Of a DNA stretch of 20,000 nucleotides, positions 16,327 through 20,000 are shown piece by piece. The notes under the pieces were generated by a model. It saw only the letters and a program-made list of their open reading frames with translations. It was not told the origin of the DNA and searched no databases. The stretch lies in IMG/VR virus record IMGVR_UViG_3300021138_000003. One strand, written 5' to 3'. The position numbers and the translations under genes are program-made. Position 1 is the first letter of the stretch; each line of letters opens with the position of its first letter. Source of the stretch: an uncultured virus (IMG/VR IMGVR_UViG_3300021138_000003) (Duplodnaviria > Heunggongvirae > Uroviricota > Caudoviricetes).

Positions 16327-17418
16327 ATGTTGGACGCATTCAAACAACTAGTCGAAAGTGGAATGATGTCAGAGCAAGTAAGCTCTGCCGTACAGGAAGC
16401 ATTTGATGCAAAAATTCAAGAGAATCGCGACCAAGTCACAGCTACTCTACGCGAAGAGTTTGCTCAAAAATATGCACACGATAAGAAGCATATTGTTGAG
16501 TCAGTCGAAGCAATGATTAGCGAAAGATTGGCCGCAGAAATGGCCGAACTTGCTGAAGACAGACGTGCATTAGCGGAAACCCGTGCAAAGTACGTTCAAA
16601 AAATGACCAGCGATGTAAAAGTCATGGAATCATTTGTTGCACAGCAGTTGGCTAATGAACTTATGGAATTTAAGAGCGATCGCGTTAAGGTCGCCGAAAA
16701 CTTCCAGAAACTCGAGCAGTTCGTTGTAAACGCACTTGCTAGAGAAATTTCAGAATTTGCCGAAGATAAGAAGGATCTAGCTGAAACTAAGGTTAAGCTA
16801 GTTGCTGGCGCTAAGGAAAAATTCGATGAAGTAAAGACTCAATTCATTAAGCGTGCTTCTAAGACTGTACAAGAAACTGTAGAAAGGACTCTACGTACTG
16901 AAATTCATCAGCTACGTGAAGACATCGATTCTGCTAGAACTAACAGTTTTGGTCGTCGTATTTTTGAAGCTTTTGCACAAGAGTATCAGCATTCACATCT
17001 TAACGAACATTCAGCAACAGCACGTCTGTTAAAGATTGTTGATAAGAAGGAAAATGAAATTGCTGAAGCAAACAAAGCTCAAGCAGCAGCACTAAAGCTA
17101 GCAGAATCTAAGGATCGTGAACTACGTATCCAAAAGGATCTGATGGAACGTGCTAATGTAATGGGCGAACTATTAGCACCTTTAAGTGCTGATAAAAAAG
17201 GCATTATGCGTGAACTATTAGAATCAGTAGAAACTAAGCGTTTAGCCAATGCATTCGACAAATACCTACCCGCAGTCATGGAAGGCGCCACCAGAAAACC
17301 TAAAGCTTCTGCTGTTTTAACAGAAGCAGCTGAAGTAACAGGTGATCGCGAAGTAAGAAAGTCTGAGGTAGGCTTAGACAACATATTAGATATCCGCAAA
17401 TTGGCGGGTCTAAAATAA
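16327..17418 (+). CDS. gp22: Major prohead scaffolding protein (T4 gp22-like)
   Basis: Long Glu/Lys/Ala coiled-coil protein between protease and major capsid. GAGGAG SD. Confidence 0.8.
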   Translation: MLDAFKQLVESGMMSEQVSSAVQEAFDAKIQENRDQVTATLREEFAQKYAHDKKHIVESVEAMISERLAAEMAELAEDRRALAETRAKYVQKMTSDVKVMESFVAQQLANELMEFKSDRVKVAENFQKLEQFVVNALAREISEFAEDKKDLAETKVKLVAGAKEKFDEVKTQFIKRASKTVQETVERTLRTEIHQLREDIDSARTNSFGRRIFEAFAQEYQHSHLNEHSATARLLKIVDKKENEIAEANKAQAAALKLAESKDRELRIQKDLMERANVMGELLAPLSADKKGIMRELLESVETKRLANAFDKYLPAVMEGATRKPKASAVLTEAAEVTGDREVRKSEVGLDNILDIRKLAGLK

Positions 17419-17436
17419 TTCAAGGAGAAAGAAAAA

Positions 17437-18612
17437 ATGTCACAACTTCTGAACGAAAGATGGTCAGAAACCAAAGAAGCTCTGCTTGAAGGCCTCCAAG
17501 GGACTCGCCGCGCAAGCATGAATGTGTGCTTAGAAAACACACGCCGTTACTTAGCTGAAAGTGCAACCTCGGGCGCAACTTCAGCAGGCAACATCGCAAC
17601 ACTAAACCGCGTCATTCTACCAGTTATCCGACGTGTTATGCCAACTGTTATCGCTAACGAAATCGTTGGTGTTCAGCCAATGACTGGCCCAGTTGCACAG
17701 ATCCACACTCTACGTGTTCGTTATGCAGATAACGGAAACAACGTAGTTGCTGGTGAAGAAGCACTAAGCCCATTCAAGATTGCTGCTGCTTACTCAGGTA
17801 ACGACCAGGACAGCAACCCTAAGGCAAACAGCACTGCTGCGCTTGAAGGTACTCCAGGTCGCAAGATGAGCATTCAGATCTTGAAGGCACCAGTTGAAGC
17901 TAAGTCGCGTAAGCTATCAGCTCGCTGGACCTTTGAAGCTGCTCAGGATGCACAGGCTCAACAGGGCATTGACATCGAAGCAGAAATCATGGCTGCTCTT
18001 GCACAGGAAATTACAACTGAAATCGACCAGGAAATCCTTGCTTCTCTACGTGCGCTTGCAAACGTAGAAGAAACATACGACCAGTCGCTAGTTTCAGGTA
18101 CTGCAACATTCGTTGGTGACGAACATGCTGCTCTAGCAATTCAGATCAACCGCGTTGCAAATTTGATTGCACAGCGTACACGTCGTGGTGCAGGTAACTG
18201 GGCTGTTGTTTCTAACCAGGCTCTAACAATCCTACAGTCTGCAACAACTTCTGCTTTTGCACGTACTACTGAAGGTACATTTGAAGCTCCAACTAACACT
18301 AAGTTTGTTGGTACTCTAAATGGTGCAATGCGCATTTATGTTGACGCATATCGTCCAGATAACGACGACGCAAACCAGGTTCTAGTTGGTTATAAGGGTA
18401 CAAGCGAAGCAGATGCTGCTGCGTTCTATTGCCCATATATTCCACTAATGAGCTCGGGCGTTGTCCTAGATCCAACAACCTTCGAACCAGTCGTTGGTTT
18501 CTTAACTCGTTACGGGTACGTCGAGCTCACGAATACCGCCAGTTCGCTTGGGAACGCCGCCGACTACTTGTCGAAAGTTCAAATTACTTCCGCAAACGTA
18601 AGTTTCAAGTAA
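17437..18612 (+). CDS. gp23: Major capsid protein (T4 gp23-like)
   Basis: VGVQPMTGP, AKSRKLSARWTFEAAQD, EIDQEIL, RTRRGAGN, FYCPYIPL and TRYG motifs. Likely maturation cleavage after LAE41. Confidence 0.96.
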   Translation: MSQLLNERWSETKEALLEGLQGTRRASMNVCLENTRRYLAESATSGATSAGNIATLNRVILPVIRRVMPTVIANEIVGVQPMTGPVAQIHTLRVRYADNGNNVVAGEEALSPFKIAAAYSGNDQDSNPKANSTAALEGTPGRKMSIQILKAPVEAKSRKLSARWTFEAAQDAQAQQGIDIEAEIMAALAQEITTEIDQEILASLRALANVEETYDQSLVSGTATFVGDEHAALAIQINRVANLIAQRTRRGAGNWAVVSNQALTILQSATTSAFARTTEGTFEAPTNTKFVGTLNGAMRIYVDAYRPDNDDANQVLVGYKGTSEADAAAFYCPYIPLMSSGVVLDPTTFEPVVGFLTRYGYVELTNTASSLGNAADYLSKVQITSANVSFK

Positions 18613-18634
18613 GTTTTATTTTGTTAACCAAATT

Positions 18635-18666
18635 GAAAGCGCGTCGAAAGGCGCGCTTTCTTTTTG
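18635..18666 (+). terminator. Rho-independent terminator after the major capsid gene
   Basis: GAAAGCGCGTC-GAAA-GGCGCGCTTTC 11-bp stem with GNRA loop, followed by TTTTT. Confidence 0.9.
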
Positions 18667-18697
18667 TCTAAAAACGACCGATGTAGAACTAACAAAC

Positions 18698-18704
18698 ATA
18701 AATA
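18698..18704 (+). promoter_or_regulatory. Late promoter (ATAAATA) for the HNH gene
   Basis: Downstream of the terminator and 5 nt before ATG 18710. Confidence 0.65.
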
Positions 18705-18709
18705 GTTGT

Positions 18710-19378
18710 ATGAACAAATACGCAAAATATTATCATCTAATTATTGACAATCGAAAACTAAATCCTTTGAAGGATCAATATACTGAAAAACACCACATAT
18801 TTCCACGAAGTCTAGGCGGCAGTAATGGTCTTGAAAATTTAGTTAATCTGTCTGCTAGAGAACATTTTATATGTCATTGGCTATTAACAAAAATGTATAC
18901 CGGCACTGACTGTGGAAAAATGATCAATGCGATGTATATGATGCGAGGCAACAGTACCTATCAAAAACGATACGAGAGTAATATCACTGCACGAATTTAT
19001 GAAAATCTTCGTGAAGAATATTCACAATACATTTCTAAAATGAATACTGGCAGAATTCAACCTCCTGAAGAAAAAGCAAAACAAATTGCAGCAATTACTG
19101 GAAGAACTCGCCTGCCGTTCAGTGATGAATGGAAGGGAAATCTTTCAAGAAATCATAAAAGTAAACGCGGATTTAATACATCACATAGTGAGGAAACACG
19201 TAAAAAAATGAGTGAAAAAGCAACGGGGCGTAAACAAACTCCGGAAACTATTGCAAAAAAATCCGAAGCAATACGAGGTAGTAAACGAGAAAAACTACTC
19301 TGTCCACATTGTCAACAGTTAATTGCAGTAAATACATATCCACGCTGGCACGGTGATAACTGTAAGGAAAAACGTTAA
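18710..19378 (+). CDS. HNH homing endonuclease with NUMOD3-like repeats and C-terminal Zn motif
   Basis: EKHHIFPRSLGG...NLVNLSAREHFICH, HSEETRKKMS and CPHC...WHGDNCK. Same family as 5109-5855. Confidence 0.88.
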   Translation: MNKYAKYYHLIIDNRKLNPLKDQYTEKHHIFPRSLGGSNGLENLVNLSAREHFICHWLLTKMYTGTDCGKMINAMYMMRGNSTYQKRYESNITARIYENLREEYSQYISKMNTGRIQPPEEKAKQIAAITGRTRLPFSDEWKGNLSRNHKSKRGFNTSHSEETRKKMSEKATGRKQTPETIAKKSEAIRGSKREKLLCPHCQQLIAVNTYPRWHGDNCKEKR

Positions 19379-19379
19379 G

Positions 19380-19628
19380 ATGAAACTATATGAACAAAAT
19401 GGTAAAAAATATGAAATTAAAATTGTTGAAGGCGTAGAAACTATTGAGTCTGAAACAAAACCTGGTCCAGGATGGATTCGAACAACACCGGAAACTAGTA
19501 AAATTTTAAAAGAAATTAGTGAAGATATTCAAGCATACGATAAAAAATTAAAAAAAATGTTGGAAGAGATTGAGGAAGAATTTAAGGAAGAATTAGCTTA
19601 TAGGAGATCCCTCGGTGAGGATATTTGA
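19380..19628 (+). CDS. Hypothetical protein
   Basis: ATG 19380 lies 1 nt after the HNH stop. Acidic helical C-terminus. Confidence 0.6.
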   Translation: MKLYEQNGKKYEIKIVEGVETIESETKPGPGWIRTTPETSKILKEISEDIQAYDKKLKKMLEEIEEEFKEELAYRRSLGEDI

Positions 19629-19908
19629 GATAACTTCTAGAAATGCAATGTGGATAGGTTTTTATAATCAACAAGAAGTTGATCAAAAATATCAAAGTAC
19701 TGTTAAAATGTGCAATATGCTTCTTAAATTAAAACATCGATCAAAATATCCTTACGCAATAGACACAATTAACGATTTTAAAAATACTGCAAATAAGATA
19801 TTGAACACTAAATTTCCTGATCCTGATGATCCAGACATTGTAGCCCTTATCAACAAAATTAAACAAATGATCGAACACTTATCTGCTTTAGAATCCCAGT
19901 TACACTAA
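19615..19908 (+). CDS. Hypothetical protein, possibly head-targeted (MRIFEI leader)
   Basis: GTG start with AGGAGA SD at 19602-19607. Confidence 0.6.
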   Translation: MRIFEITSRNAMWIGFYNQQEVDQKYQSTVKMCNMLLKLKHRSKYPYAIDTINDFKNTANKILNTKFPDPDDPDIVALINKIKQMIEHLSALESQLH

Positions 19909-19970
19909 ATACAATGTCGTTTTTTATTATGCAGCACCCACTGCGTAGACCTAGAACGTCATTTAAGGAG
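19905..19970 (+). promoter_or_regulatory. Late promoter plus structured 5' leader
   Basis: CTAAATA 19905-19911, hairpin TATGCAG-CACCCA-CTGCGTA 19928-19947, short GAC-CTAGAAC-GTC hairpin 19948-19960, then AAGGAG SD. Confidence 0.5.
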
Positions 19971-19977
19971 AAAACAA

Positions 19978-20000
19978 ATGGGACGTCCTATTAAAGCAAG
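19978..20000 (+). CDS. 5' end of a late gene (MGRPIKA...), partial
   Basis: ATG after a strong AAGGAG SD. Runs off the end of the window. Confidence 0.7.

Noticed and set aside
17079..18671. Alternative-frame or antisense ORFs over the scaffold and capsid genes (17079-17540, 17420-17602, 18141-18335, 18429-18671)
   Set aside because: They overlap well-supported genes and lack SDs and motifs. 18429-18671 would also run through the terminator.
1..20000. Stop-codon reassignment (alternative genetic code)
   Set aside because: Core genes are full length under the standard code, and TAA, TGA and TAG all appear as plausible stops.

Overview
This window is a segment of a large T4-like (myovirus-type, probably jumbo) phage genome in the standard genetic code. 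From left to right it holds: the 3' end of gp47 (Mre11/SbcD-like), an HNH homing endonuclease, gp46 (Rad50/SbcC-like), two small Hc1/histone-H1-like genes, a short GIY-YIG nuclease and a small Zn-ribbon protein. A ~480-nt non-coding stretch rich in helices follows (candidate large ncRNA and/or replication origin). Next come a low-complexity putative head protein, a second HNH endonuclease and two minus-strand paralogous gp26-like hub/tail chaperone genes. The second paralog ends in a T-TTT-TTC slippery site that opens into an unannotated -1 frame. Then come a divergently transcribed tape-measure-like gene and the head module: portal gp20 with an HNH-type intein, a small conserved ORF, an acidic core protein, protease gp21, scaffold gp22 and major capsid gp23. 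The window ends with a third free-standing HNH endonuclease and small late genes. T4-like late promoters ((A)TAAATA) precede most transcription units. The most notable items are the candidate structured ncRNA, the probable -1 programmed frameshift, and homing-endonuclease footprints: an orphaned duplicate gp46 N-terminus and a recoded 3' end of the capsid gene. All calls were made by eye, with no database searches.
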